Assembly (NCBI GenBank): GCA_002418285.1
Contig: DIDT01000037.1
Span: 37,491 to 101,490, forward strand
Direction of reading: 5' to 3'
Length of the DNA stretch: 64,000 bases
Source: Phycisphaerales bacterium UBA5793
GTDB lineage: Bacteria; Planctomycetota; Phycisphaerae; Phycisphaerales; UBA5793
The notes under the pieces were generated by a model. That model had not been told where the DNA came from and searched no databases. It worked only from the letters and a program-made list of their open reading frames with translations. Numbering within the stretch: the stretch's first letter is position 1; every line of letters starts with the position of its first letter. A program made the translations under genes and the position numbers. This document shows, piece after piece, positions 39,347-48,852 of this stretch.

Positions 39347-41122
39347 TCAGCGCGCCGGGCGTCTGTGGCGCCAGAGCAATTCGAGCAAACGCTTGCGCTC
39401 GTGATGCGTCAAAACCCAGTACCACACGAGCACGACGCTGACGAAGCCGGCAATGCCGATTCCGAGAAACACGAGCCAGATGTTCCAGTGCACGATCCAC
39501 CAGCGATACAGCCCGAGGAACAGGCCAATGATCGCGCCGATCGCCGCTCCGGGCATCAGCGATCCAATGAACATGTCGCGCATCTTGAGGTCATACAGCG
39601 CGCACGCCAGCAGCGGCACATAGATGCCATACACCACCAGGTAAATCGCGCTCATGCTGATCGCGACCGAGTACATCGCCGCGTTCTCGCTCATCAGTTT
39701 GACATGCGCGGCGGCAATGAACAAGTCCGGCCCGAGCGTCGACACACCAGGGTGGATCGACTTGGCAATCTCCTGTTTCCAATACAGATCGTGCACGAAG
39801 CCCGGCACCAGCCACAAGATCAGCCCGGCCATCACCGCCTGGAGAATTCCGGCCTGCAGCAGGCGCGAGGCGTATGCCTTGACATCTCCGGCCCCGAGCA
39901 TGATGCGCAGTGGCCCCTGCATGATGACATAGAACGGGCTGCCGACCAGCAGGATCATCAGCATCTGAGCAATATCGCGATTGGCCGCAAATCGCTGATG
40001 CGACAGTTTGTCGCCGAGCCACAGGTTGACCAGGATCTGCCCCATCATGAACAACACCGCGATGATCGGGAAGATTACCCCCGCCTGAACCCGCGCGATG
40101 GCCAGCACGAATCCGCCCACCAGTTCCTTGGCGCCCTGTGCGCTATGCGAGAACTTGGCGGCCATTGGCTCAATGCCAAACGAGATCCCCATCGCAATCT
40201 GCTTCGTATAACCCACGAGCAGCACCACAACGCCAAACAACCCGTTGAGCGCAGCCCCAAGGAAAACGTTGATCAGCAACTGGTTCGTTCGGTCATAGAG
40301 ATTGTTGGCGATCTCTCCCTGCCCCACGTGCGCTCCGAGGAGGAAGATCTCTCCAATGCGCTTGCGGCGCACCGTTGAGAAGTCGATGCCAACTTCGGGA
40401 CACGTGACATAAGCCCATACACCGGAAATCAGTCGAACCAGTGCCGTGAAGCCGCAGTTGCCCGCGACATAAGCGATCAACGGATAGTCGCGCCCCCACG
40501 GCTGTGAAAACACGAACAGCGCCGCGACGAGCGAAGCGAATCGTTCGAGCAGCATCTCGAAATTTCGCTGGGGAATGCGGTGGGTCGCATCGAACAGCGT
40601 GATGAAGGGAACCGTCACCACCACCCACATGGTGTACGTACTCAGCGTAATCCACGACCACCACATCTGCGTGGCGAAGCGCGGCCCGAACTGGAAGATC
40701 CACAGCGCGATGGGTGTACACAGGATCATCAACACCCCGAGCCCAATGCCCAGCAGCAACGAACTGACGAATGCCGCCGTGAAGCCTGATCGGATTTCCC
40801 TCGGGTTGCCGCTGTGAAAGGCGCCGCTCAGCTCTCGGACCAGCGCGGCTCGCACCGTCGATTGCAGAATGTTGATAATCCCCACACTGGACATCAGCAG
40901 CGCGAACAGGCCGTACCCTGCGAGCCCCATGTGGTCTTCGCGCCCAATGTAGGGCGTGACGATGAGCCCGATCGTAAACGTACCCAGAAGCCGGGCGTAT
41001 GAGGAGAGGCTGTTCTTGAGCAGTTGCCGGCTCGTCTTACCGCCGGCCCCGGCAGGACGCACGAGACCGGCAGCCAGCTCTGACTCTTCTTCGATCGGAT
41101 CCACTTGGGACATCGCGGCCAC
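39347..41122 (-). CDS. Polysaccharide biosynthesis / oligosaccharide flippase-like membrane protein (MOP/Wzx-type)
   Basis: 591 aa with about 14 or more TM helices. The N-terminal pattern 'LLKNSLSSYARLLGTFTIGLIVTPYIGREDHMGLAGYGLFALL' resembles Wzx/'polysaccharide biosynthesis protein' N-termini. It sits in an operon with a sulfotransferase and a Wzy-like protein. Confidence 0.55.
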   Translation of the reverse strand: MAAMSQVDPIEEESELAAGLVRPAGAGGKTSRQLLKNSLSSYARLLGTFTIGLIVTPYIGREDHMGLAGYGLFALLMSSVGIINILQSTVRAALVRELSGAFHSGNPREIRSGFTAAFVSSLLLGIGLGVLMILCTPIALWIFQFGPRFATQMWWSWITLSTYTMWVVVTVPFITLFDATHRIPQRNFEMLLERFASLVAALFVFSQPWGRDYPLIAYVAGNCGFTALVRLISGVWAYVTCPEVGIDFSTVRRKRIGEIFLLGAHVGQGEIANNLYDRTNQLLINVFLGAALNGLFGVVVLLVGYTKQIAMGISFGIEPMAAKFSHSAQGAKELVGGFVLAIARVQAGVIFPIIAVLFMMGQILVNLWLGDKLSHQRFAANRDIAQMLMILLVGSPFYVIMQGPLRIMLGAGDVKAYASRLLQAGILQAVMAGLILWLVPGFVHDLYWKQEIAKSIHPGVSTLGPDLFIAAAHVKLMSENAAMYSVAISMSAIYLVVYGIYVPLLACALYDLKMRDMFIGSLMPGAAIGAIIGLFLGLYRWWIVHWNIWLVFLGIGIAGFVSVVLVWYWVLTHHERKRLLELLWRHRRPAR

Positions 41123-41143
41123 GATCCTTCACAGTCGCTCGGG

Positions 41144-42055
41144 TCACACCTTCTTGCCGGTCTGAGGGGCCGAATCATCCAGGCGATAGCCCAGGCGCGT
41201 CATCGTTGGTTCAAGTATCGGCGTGATCATGGCCAGTTGCTCAGCCGTCAGGCGCGTCCGCCACGCCTCTACGGCATCCTGATTGATCGTGGTGAGCAGG
41301 TACTCGCGCAGGCGATCCGTCATCTTCAGCCCCGTATGGGCGCAAAACCGTTCGAAATGCTCAACCGGACGGGCGACCAGATCTTCGTACCGGCACTCGA
41401 TCCACTTCTCCGGATCGACGTGAGCAAAGTCCGCTTTCGCAATCTCCACGCACCTCACCCATTGCGTCGCCACGACCTCTTCCAGTTTCATGGACTTCAG
41501 ATCGTCGTACAATCCCGGATACACGACCCCCCAGCTGCGCACCGTCTTCGTCAGACCCAAACTGCGTCCCACCCGGTCGTGCAGGAAACGAGGCAGGAAC
41601 AGCGGCCACTCCCACACCGGCGTCTCCTTGAGACGCCGCCACAGCCGCCGCCGGTTGATCGGCATCGTCCACCACCGCAGGCATGAACTCACATTGTCGC
41701 GCCCGTCACGCACGAGGTGAATAAACCTCGCTTCGGGGAACACTTTCGTGATGAAGGGCACGCGCAGGCAGTTGCTGGGCGTCTTCTCCATGACCCGCCG
41801 TCCGCCATGCGCTGCCTGGTGTTTGGAGAAAGTCCGTCGAATGCGCTGAACCACCTTTGGCGTCGCCAAGTCGGCCGTAAACCGATCGTGACCCTGCTCG
41901 GCGTTGCCCATGGTCCACACCGTGCGTGGCTCGCGCCAAATGGCTATTTCCTCAAGTTCGTCAAAGCACAACGCCGTCATCGTCGTGCCCGAGCGCACGT
42001 TTCCAACGAGGATGATGGGAGGTTTGAGATCAGACATGCCAGCCGCTACAACCAA
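41144..42055 (-). CDS. Sulfotransferase-family protein (2 of 3)
   Basis: The 5'-PSB loop is 'PIILVGNVRSGTTMTALCF' and the 3'-PB motif is 'FIHLVRDGRDNVSS'. Its start overlaps the end of the upstream Wzy-like gene by 10 nt. Confidence 0.75.
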   Translation of the reverse strand: MVVAAGMSDLKPPIILVGNVRSGTTMTALCFDELEEIAIWREPRTVWTMGNAEQGHDRFTADLATPKVVQRIRRTFSKHQAAHGGRRVMEKTPSNCLRVPFITKVFPEARFIHLVRDGRDNVSSCLRWWTMPINRRRLWRRLKETPVWEWPLFLPRFLHDRVGRSLGLTKTVRSWGVVYPGLYDDLKSMKLEEVVATQWVRCVEIAKADFAHVDPEKWIECRYEDLVARPVEHFERFCAHTGLKMTDRLREYLLTTINQDAVEAWRTRLTAEQLAMITPILEPTMTRLGYRLDDSAPQTGKKV

Positions 42056-43422
42056 ACAGGCTGCGCTTCTTCCGGTGTTGTTTCGTCGTGCTCATCCCAG
42101 TATTGGGCCGCCTCCCACGCTTCATGATCTGCCGCGATATCCGCACGATCCTGCGAGAACAGACCCGCCACAAAGACCAGCGCCATGGGCCCGGCCACGC
42201 CGTAAATCCAGTTCACCATGAAGAACCCGATATCGCCGCGAGCCATCGCGATAACCTGCCCAAGCGCGGCGCCGGTGATGGCGACGAAATACGGATTGGT
42301 CGCCTGCTGCAGCAGTCGCTCATCAAACGCGCCGTACAACAGCCCGAAGATGACCGCGAAGTACACGATGAAGATGAACCCGCCTTCATGCCAGGCGTGA
42401 CCGATGAGCCCCGGACCCCAGTTGAATCGCTTCAACTCTGCCACAGTGACCACATCGCTGAGAATCTCCGCGAGCGAATCGGGCTTGCCAGGCCAGACCT
42501 CGCGCGGAATCGGATGCGCCAAAACATAAAGCGTGCTGTGGAACGGTTGAGGCGAAAGGTCCGTCGTGAAACGCTCAATCGTAAACGCCGAGGATGCGAA
42601 AGTATCCGTGTAGAACAACTCCTTGACCTGTTGCAGGCTGATCGCATCCGCAACGGCGCGAAGGCGATACGACAGCGAGAAGGTCTCTGCCTTCTGCGAG
42701 CGAATCGCCGTCACGCCGCCGATGAGCAGAAGCATGACCAGCGCCCAGGCGGCATACTTCGGGGTGTTCATCACCGCCGTCTTGAATTGCCACCTGAAGT
42801 AGTACATGCCCCACGCCACCGCGAGCACACCTGAAAGCACCGCCCGCCGTCCAAACTCGCCACGCAGCAGTGAGAGCAGCACGATGAGAATCAGCGCCGG
42901 GCAGAGTATCCACGCCACCACGTTGAACCGCTGCTCGTTCCAGACCCACAGCAGCATCACGATCGAAAAGCAGCAGAAACCGCGTCCAACGGGCAGCGCC
43001 AGCGTCCGCAGCGGGCCGGGAAGCGGCAGAATCGCGAACCGGCTCTCGAGTCCGATCATCAGCGACAAACCGAGGATAAACAGGACCGGGACCATCGTTC
43101 GCGATGGGCACCGTGTCGGAATGTGGCGCGCCAGCCAGTCGACAGGCCGCCTCCATCCGTAGATCAGCAGAAACAGGGGGACAAACGCCACAAGCCCTAG
43201 CGTGAAGCGAACATACGTCCCGCTGGTGATCTCCACACCCTGCCATCGCATGCCATACACCACGTTCGTGATGGCTGAAAGACACTGAAAAAACGCGATG
43301 CTGAACAGGAACAGGTTCCGGTTGGAGAACAGCGGGTGCCGGCCGCGGTAGTAATCGACGATCACCACCCCGATCAGCAGGATCATCACAGCCGCCGAAG
43401 TTGCAACGAGAATGGCTTGCAT
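42046..43422 (-). CDS. Polytopic membrane protein, possible O-antigen/EPS repeat-unit polymerase (Wzy-like)
   Basis: 458 aa with about 10-12 TM helices and a larger loop region ('FTIERFTTDLSPQPFHSTLYVLAHPIPREVWPGKPDS'). The call rests mainly on topology and gene context, not on a specific motif. Confidence 0.4.
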   Translation of the reverse strand: MQAILVATSAAVMILLIGVVIVDYYRGRHPLFSNRNLFLFSIAFFQCLSAITNVVYGMRWQGVEITSGTYVRFTLGLVAFVPLFLLIYGWRRPVDWLARHIPTRCPSRTMVPVLFILGLSLMIGLESRFAILPLPGPLRTLALPVGRGFCCFSIVMLLWVWNEQRFNVVAWILCPALILIVLLSLLRGEFGRRAVLSGVLAVAWGMYYFRWQFKTAVMNTPKYAAWALVMLLLIGGVTAIRSQKAETFSLSYRLRAVADAISLQQVKELFYTDTFASSAFTIERFTTDLSPQPFHSTLYVLAHPIPREVWPGKPDSLAEILSDVVTVAELKRFNWGPGLIGHAWHEGGFIFIVYFAVIFGLLYGAFDERLLQQATNPYFVAITGAALGQVIAMARGDIGFFMVNWIYGVAGPMALVFVAGLFSQDRADIAADHEAWEAAQYWDEHDETTPEEAQPVWL

Positions 43423-43709
43423 GCGAGATAAGGGTGCCCCCGCCCCGAGGGGGCATTCGGGGAGATTCTGACCATTACCGGACGCGGATCAATCCTCCGC
43501 GATCGATCCGACTGGAACCGATGATCGTAGAGATCAAATCGGCAGGAGCGGTTATGGAACCGACCGGAAACTCTGGAACCCCTACATTCCGCAGACTCCC
43601 TGTTCCTTCCACATCAACCATCTTGCCTAACTTCATTGTGGATTCGACATTTGGATCGTATCAGCGGCACTGCCCGGAAGCAGGGTCGCCCACCAGGAGG
43701 AGAATCCCC

Positions 43710-45392
43710 ATGCCATCGCTCATGACGACCACCGGCCTACTCGCCGCGATGCTCATTACCTGCTATCCGGCCGCCTGCACCGCTCAAGTTTCAGACGGTG
43801 CGAGGGTGATTCGCAAAAGCGGCGCAGAACCCGGGCAGGAGCCGGAAGGTCGACAGTCGCGAGTCAACCAGGTCCGGCGACGGATTGTGAGCCGCATGCG
43901 CGAGGGCTCCACCGGCGCGGGCAGCGGCGGCGTCTGGACGCGAGAGTTCCCGGACGCGGCACCCTATCCAATCACCGTCGAATCCTCCGGCAGTTCCTTC
44001 TCGGCATCCAGCCCCGCCGACGGCCTACTCCGGATCGCCACGACCCAGCCCATGTACACCTCGACCGAGTGCGACGTGCTCTGGTCCTACGAACCTGCTG
44101 ATAATGGAGTTGATCTGACCTACACCATTTCCAATTCGACCACCGCCATGCAGGCCATGCCGGCCCTGCAAATCGGTGGCCTGGACCTTGGCGACGTGAT
44201 CGAGTATCTGGACCATCGCGTCGGTTGCGAGTGGACCACGCTCGATGCGAGCGGTGGTCAGAGTGTCTGGTCACCGACGGCTCCCTACCCCCAGAGTCTC
44301 TACTCCCCGGTGGTCATCGCACGCAACAACGAAACGGCTGTCGGCCTCTCACTCCAATACCCCCTCTTCGAATACAAGCACCAGATCCGCACCTACATCG
44401 GTCGCGGAACAGGGCGCAACGGCAGCACCTGGACGGCAAAGTTCTATCTCGATGGAGAACTCGCACCGGGTGAGTCGCGAGAGTACGTGGTTAACCTGCG
44501 CTACACCAAGCACGACGACTGGATCCACACGATTGATCCCTACAAGGAAATGTTCTCTCGGCTCGGCAGCGTGCGCTACCAGCAGGACTTGCGCCCCGTC
44601 TGGGGTATGGCCGTCAGCGATACGCTTCTGATCAATAGCAACAACCAGCGCGGATTCCGCGGCACCCGCTCAGATCTCAACGGGTGGGAAGACGATGTCA
44701 ACTACATCCTCGATTGGGTCGTCCCCGCCGGCTACGAACGCGTCATGGTCTGGGGCGCCGCCGGCATGTACGACCAGCAGCGACAGAACAACTACCCGCC
44801 TCAGTTCATGGCCGAATGGACGGGCCCAATGGTCGACAGCGAGTCGCAGTGGACTCGAATCCGCGACGCCGGCGTCGACCTGCTCTTCTGGTGGGGTCGT
44901 AGCGGCCAGTACGCGGATCGCTGGAACGATGATACGCTCGACAAGTTCACTCTCAGCGACGTGAGCCAGACCCGCATGATGATCGACCAGTATCGCCTGG
45001 CCCTGCGCCGCGGCGCCAGCGGAGTCGGTCTGGACGCCTTCACGCAGATGGACGGCTGGCACGCGCTGCCTTGGATCGCCGCGCTCCGTGAACTCAAACC
45101 CGACGCGACCATCGTGGCCGAGCCCGCAGGCTTCGACAGGCTGAACCTCCACGTACCCACTCTGCTCTACAGCGACGACCTTGACCACGGCCCGCACTAT
45201 CTCGCCGACTACCTCGTGCCCGGACGTGAGATGTGGGTCTACGTGCGCGGCGAAGGGCAGACGCTCGAACGCGTCGAAAGCTACATCGACAACGGCATGA
45301 CCGTGCTGCTTCGTGGTCGCGACATCACCGCCCACGACCTGGAAGCCGCCGTGGAGCGCGCACAGCAGGGAGGCAATAACGGCCAGCGCTGA
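43710..45392 (+). CDS. Secreted protein of unknown family (560 aa)
   Basis: ATG 43710 follows 'AGGAGG' (43695-43700). The signal peptide is 'MPSLMTTTGLLAAMLITCYPAACTA|QV'. I recognise no family motif. The upstream part of ORF 43401 is rejected. Confidence 0.6.
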   Translation: MPSLMTTTGLLAAMLITCYPAACTAQVSDGARVIRKSGAEPGQEPEGRQSRVNQVRRRIVSRMREGSTGAGSGGVWTREFPDAAPYPITVESSGSSFSASSPADGLLRIATTQPMYTSTECDVLWSYEPADNGVDLTYTISNSTTAMQAMPALQIGGLDLGDVIEYLDHRVGCEWTTLDASGGQSVWSPTAPYPQSLYSPVVIARNNETAVGLSLQYPLFEYKHQIRTYIGRGTGRNGSTWTAKFYLDGELAPGESREYVVNLRYTKHDDWIHTIDPYKEMFSRLGSVRYQQDLRPVWGMAVSDTLLINSNNQRGFRGTRSDLNGWEDDVNYILDWVVPAGYERVMVWGAAGMYDQQRQNNYPPQFMAEWTGPMVDSESQWTRIRDAGVDLLFWWGRSGQYADRWNDDTLDKFTLSDVSQTRMMIDQYRLALRRGASGVGLDAFTQMDGWHALPWIAALRELKPDATIVAEPAGFDRLNLHVPTLLYSDDLDHGPHYLADYLVPGREMWVYVRGEGQTLERVESYIDNGMTVLLRGRDITAHDLEAAVERAQQGGNNGQR

Positions 45393-45438
45393 TCACCGGG
45401 CGCTGACCGCGCCCCCTAACTCACCGTCACCGAACACT

Positions 45439-45480
45439 CCCACCGGGCGTTGCTCCGTGGGATTGTTCATTTTCTTCGAA
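45439..45480 (+). terminator. Possible intrinsic terminator after the 560-aa secreted protein gene
   Basis: An imperfect stem, CCCAC(c)GGG ... TCCGTGGG (45439-45461), is followed by the T-rich 'ATTGTTCATTTTCTT'. Confidence 0.35.
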
Positions 45481-45707
45481 CTCCCGCCATCGTTTCCTTC
45501 GGAAGCCCAATCCCGAACTCCGGCCCTTGCGGACGTCCCGTCCTCGCGCGGAGCCATCTCTCTGCCAACTTCCTTGTCCGAGCTTCAACATCACTCATCG
45601 ACGCCATGTGAAAGACCGGGAAAAACCGCATTCAAGTTCCCGAATCGCCATTTGTGAAAAGTGACCGCTTGAGTTCGCCGATATTCTGGATATATTGATA
45701 CAGATAT

Positions 45708-46526
45708 GTGAAGACGCTCTGGCATTCCCACTTTGAATCCACTCGCGGCGTGATTCTCGTGACCTCAAGAGCCACCAACCCGGTCGCCGAAACCGCGACA
45801 CTCTTCGTGTTTCTGGCCCTTGCACTCTTCTTCTTCATCAAACCCACCACACCCAATTGGCCCGACCTACCCCCACCGGTCGTTCCCGCCTCCGACCTGG
45901 CGCCCGGCCCAATGCGTCCCCGGGCGGTGCTCACCGATCCGCCGCAGGCGATGATCAACGGATTTGTCCGCGACTGCAACGATTGCCATCGCCTCATGAA
46001 GCCGCCGGTTGAAGCCGCGCGACGCCTCACCCAGCACACGCATCTCGTGCTGGATCACGGCATGAACGATCGCTGCTTCAACTGTCACTCGCGCGAGAAC
46101 CGCAATCGACTCGTCTCCCATACCGAGGCAACGATCGGCTTTGATCAAAGCGAACAACTCTGTGCCCAGTGCCACGGACCGACATACCGCGACTGGCAGC
46201 GAGGCGTACACGGCAAGTCCGTGGGCTCATGGATCATCGGCAGCGAGCGGCGCGTGCGATTCACCTGCGTTCAGTGTCACAACCCGCACGCTCCAAGATA
46301 TGCGCCAATGCATCCCCTGCCCAGCCCCCACACGCTGCGCATGGGTGACCAGCGCGTCAATCGCGAACTCGAAGAAGAGGAAAGGGACAATCCGCTCCTC
46401 CGATACCAGCGCGAGGAAGACTGGCCCTACAAGCCGATTCACGTCGGCATCGAATCAGAGCCATCGCCATACGACACGCCGTCTCAGACCGACGAGAACG
46501 GCGACGCCGGGAAGGAAGAGCACTGA
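45708..46526 (+). CDS. Membrane-anchored tetrahaem cytochrome c (cytochrome c3/NrfH-like class)
   Basis: 272 aa with a GTG start. The N-terminal TM is 'TATLFVFLALALFFFI'. Four CxxCH motifs occur at C90 (CNDCH), C123 (CFNCH), C152 (CAQCH) and C187 (CVQCH). The C-terminal tail is acidic. The stop overlaps the next start (ATGA-type, 46524-46528). Confidence 0.85.
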   Translation: MKTLWHSHFESTRGVILVTSRATNPVAETATLFVFLALALFFFIKPTTPNWPDLPPPVVPASDLAPGPMRPRAVLTDPPQAMINGFVRDCNDCHRLMKPPVEAARRLTQHTHLVLDHGMNDRCFNCHSRENRNRLVSHTEATIGFDQSEQLCAQCHGPTYRDWQRGVHGKSVGSWIIGSERRVRFTCVQCHNPHAPRYAPMHPLPSPHTLRMGDQRVNRELEEEERDNPLLRYQREEDWPYKPIHVGIESEPSPYDTPSQTDENGDAGKEEH

Positions 46527-47578
46527 TGCGCATCTTCGATTCATCACAATCGAAGTGTTCTTCAGGTGGATGCGCCTCGGACGACGCCGCACCTTCGGCC
46601 CATCGACTCGGCACCACCCGACGCAGCTTTCTCCGCAAAGGCGCCGCGGCTATCGGCGGCATGGCCGCCCTGGTCGGTGCGCTCAGCCCGCTGCGCGATC
46701 TTGATGAAACCGATCTCGGCTCGATCGAGAAGTTCGTGCAAAAGCACTACAAGGAGATGAGCCCCTCGGAAATGCAGGCCGCGCTTGATCGCATCAGCCG
46801 CGAAGTCGACAAACGGTACCAGATTCGGCCCGATCTCAAAGACATTCGCCCGATGGACGGCGTGGAGTTCGTCTACGCGCTCAATCTGTCGCGCTGCATC
46901 GGCTGTCGCAAGTGCGTCTACGCATGCGTTGAAGAGAACAACCAGAGCCGCGATCCGCAGATCCAGTACATCCGCGTCGTCGAAATGCCGCGAGGCACGC
47001 TGGACGTCGAGAAGGGCAATCACCATTACGACCGGCCCACCGTTCCCGACGGCGAGCACTACTACATGCCCGTCCAGTGCCACCAGTGCGCCAAGCCGCC
47101 TTGCGTCAAGGTGTGTCCCGTCGAAGCGACATGGCAGGAACCCGACGGCATCACCGTTATCGACTACGACTGGTGCATCGGCTGCCGCTACTGCGAAGCG
47201 GCATGCCCTTACTGGGCCCGGCGATTCAATTTCGCCGAACCGAAGATCGCCAGTGAGGACATCAATCCGCGCATGGGCTATCTCTCCAATCGCCCGCGTC
47301 ACAAGGGCGTGATGGAGAAGTGCCACTTCTGCCTGCACCGAACCCGCGTCGGCGAGCTGCCTGCGTGTCTCGAGATCTGTCCAACGGGCGCTCGCAAATT
47401 CGGCAATGTGCTCGATCCGCAGAGCGAAGTCTCGCAGATTCTCAAGAGCAAACGCGTCTTCGTGCTCAAGGAAGAAGCCGGCACCCTGCCTCGCTTCTTC
47501 TACTACTTCGACGAACGATACCCTCGCAGCGGCGGTGCGCAAGAGGCTCCGGCTGACGTGGAAGGAGCCGGCGCATGA
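46526..47578 (+). CDS. Tat-exported 4x[4Fe-4S] ferredoxin-type subunit (NrfC/PsrB/DmsB/DsrO-like)
   Basis: The twin-arginine signal is 'TTRRSFLRKGAAAIGGMAALVGA'. Four Cys clusters are present: 'CIGCRKCVYAC', 'CHQCAKPPCVKVCP', 'CIGCRYCEAACP' and 'CHFCLHR...PACLEICP'. Confidence 0.9.
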   Translation: MRIFDSSQSKCSSGGCASDDAAPSAHRLGTTRRSFLRKGAAAIGGMAALVGALSPLRDLDETDLGSIEKFVQKHYKEMSPSEMQAALDRISREVDKRYQIRPDLKDIRPMDGVEFVYALNLSRCIGCRKCVYACVEENNQSRDPQIQYIRVVEMPRGTLDVEKGNHHYDRPTVPDGEHYYMPVQCHQCAKPPCVKVCPVEATWQEPDGITVIDYDWCIGCRYCEAACPYWARRFNFAEPKIASEDINPRMGYLSNRPRHKGVMEKCHFCLHRTRVGELPACLEICPTGARKFGNVLDPQSEVSQILKSKRVFVLKEEAGTLPRFFYYFDERYPRSGGAQEAPADVEGAGA

Positions 47579-48852
47579 AGAACTACGCCACCTTCCTCTG
47601 GCGCTGTTTCCGACTCAGTTTCGTCGGCGACTGGCGTTACCAGATGTGGATGCTCACACTCACCGCGATTGCACTCATCGGCCTCAACGCCTATTGCCGA
47701 CAGCTCGTTTACGGGCTGGCCACCACGGGAATGACCGACCAGGTCTCCTGGGGGCTCTACATCGCCAACTTCACCTTCCTCGTCGGCATGGCTGCGGCCG
47801 CGGTGATGCTCGTGATTCCCGTCTACATCTATCGCAACAAGGAACTGCACGACCTGGTGATCTTTGGCGAACTCGCTGCCGTGTCGTTCATCATCATGTG
47901 CCTGCTGTTCGTCGTCGTGGATCTCGGCCGACCCGATCGCATGCACCACCTGTTCCTTCGATTCAACTTCCCCCTGTCCATGTTGACCTGGGACGTCATT
48001 GTCCTCAACGGCTACCTGCTGCTGAACCTGCACATCTGCGGCTATCTGATCTACTGCGCCTATCGAAAACGCGAGCCGCGCAAGGCCCTCTTCGTGGTGC
48101 CCTTTGTGCTCATCGCCATCGTCTGGGCTGTCAGCATTCACACCGTAACGGCGTTTCTCTATGTGGGCCTCGGTGCTCGCCCATTCTGGAACAGCGCCAT
48201 CATCGCGCCAAGATTCCTCGCCTCCGCCTTCGCAGCCGGTCCGGCATTCATTATCCTGACATTGCAGGTCATAGGGCGATTCACAAGCTACGCCGTGCCG
48301 CAAAAGGCCCTCATGACCCTGCGGCAGATCGTGCTCGTGGCCCTCACCATCAACGTCTTCCTGCTGTTGAGCGAGGTGTTTACCGAGTTCTACGCCGACA
48401 CGGGGCACAGCGCCTCGACGCACTACCTGTTCTTCGGCATCGGCAACGACCGCGCGCTCGTTCCGTGGATCTGGACCTCCATGGGCATGACGGCCGTCGC
48501 CCTGCTCATCCTGTATTTGCCGCTGGCGCGCAGCCTTCGCTACCTCAACATCGCATGCGTACTCATCATTGTCGGAATCTGGATTGAAAAGGGGATGGGC
48601 CTGATCGTTCCCGCCTTCATTCCGACGCCGATCGGTGAAATCGTCGAGTATCGACCGACGATCAATGAGATCCTTGTCTGCCTGGGCATCTGGGCCGCAG
48701 GCATTCTGTTGTTCACCATTTCAGTTCGAATCACCATTCCGGTTCTCTCGGGTCGGCTCACCATTGACCGTCCATACACGATGGATCCGAGTCCGGCGGG
48801 TGCAGAGTTCACCAGGGTTGATGTCTTTGGGAGCGAAAGGAGCACGTCGTGA
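47575..48852 (+). CDS. NrfD/PsrC-family polytopic membrane (quinone-interacting) subunit
   Basis: 425 aa with about 10 TM helices and NrfD-like features ('LTAIALIGLNAY', 'WGLYIANFTFLVGMAAAAVML', 'PFWNSAIIAPRFLASAFAAGPAF'). A 4-nt overlap occurs at both ends. The competing +frame ORF 47406..48587 is Arg/His/Pro-rich and rejected. Confidence 0.85.
   Translation: MKNYATFLWRCFRLSFVGDWRYQMWMLTLTAIALIGLNAYCRQLVYGLATTGMTDQVSWGLYIANFTFLVGMAAAAVMLVIPVYIYRNKELHDLVIFGELAAVSFIIMCLLFVVVDLGRPDRMHHLFLRFNFPLSMLTWDVIVLNGYLLLNLHICGYLIYCAYRKREPRKALFVVPFVLIAIVWAVSIHTVTAFLYVGLGARPFWNSAIIAPRFLASAFAAGPAFIILTLQVIGRFTSYAVPQKALMTLRQIVLVALTINVFLLLSEVFTEFYADTGHSASTHYLFFGIGNDRALVPWIWTSMGMTAVALLILYLPLARSLRYLNIACVLIIVGIWIEKGMGLIVPAFIPTPIGEIVEYRPTINEILVCLGIWAAGILLFTISVRITIPVLSGRLTIDRPYTMDPSPAGAEFTRVDVFGSERSTS

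Noticed and set aside
39365-40378. 337-aa plus-strand ORF
   Set aside because: It is antisense to the Wzx-like polytopic membrane protein gene. The product is His/Arg/Asp/Gln-rich.
43401-43709. N-terminal extensions proposed by the ORF track (43401..43709; also 58405..58578, 28323..28415, 604..687, 63559..63960, 12823..12879)
   Set aside because: The extensions overlap neighbouring genes or intergenic DNA and lack SD sequences. They precede internal starts that yield proper signal peptides or conserved N-termini.
45695-45708. FNR/CRP-like half-site 'TTGATACAGATATG' upstream of the cytochrome operon
   Set aside because: Only the first half (TTGAT) matches the consensus TTGAT-N4-ATCAA, and the second half is poor. 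It also lies too close to (overlapping) the GTG start.
46562-47542. 326-aa minus-strand ORF
   Set aside because: It is antisense to the Tat/4x[4Fe-4S] gene and has low-complexity composition with no start context.
47406-48587. 393-aa plus-strand ORF, and 47503..48423(-) 306 aa
   Set aside because: These are alternative-frame and antisense ORFs over the NrfD-like gene. The products are Arg/His/Pro-rich. The 47575..48852 frame gives a coherent 10-TM protein and overlaps its neighbours' stop and start codons.
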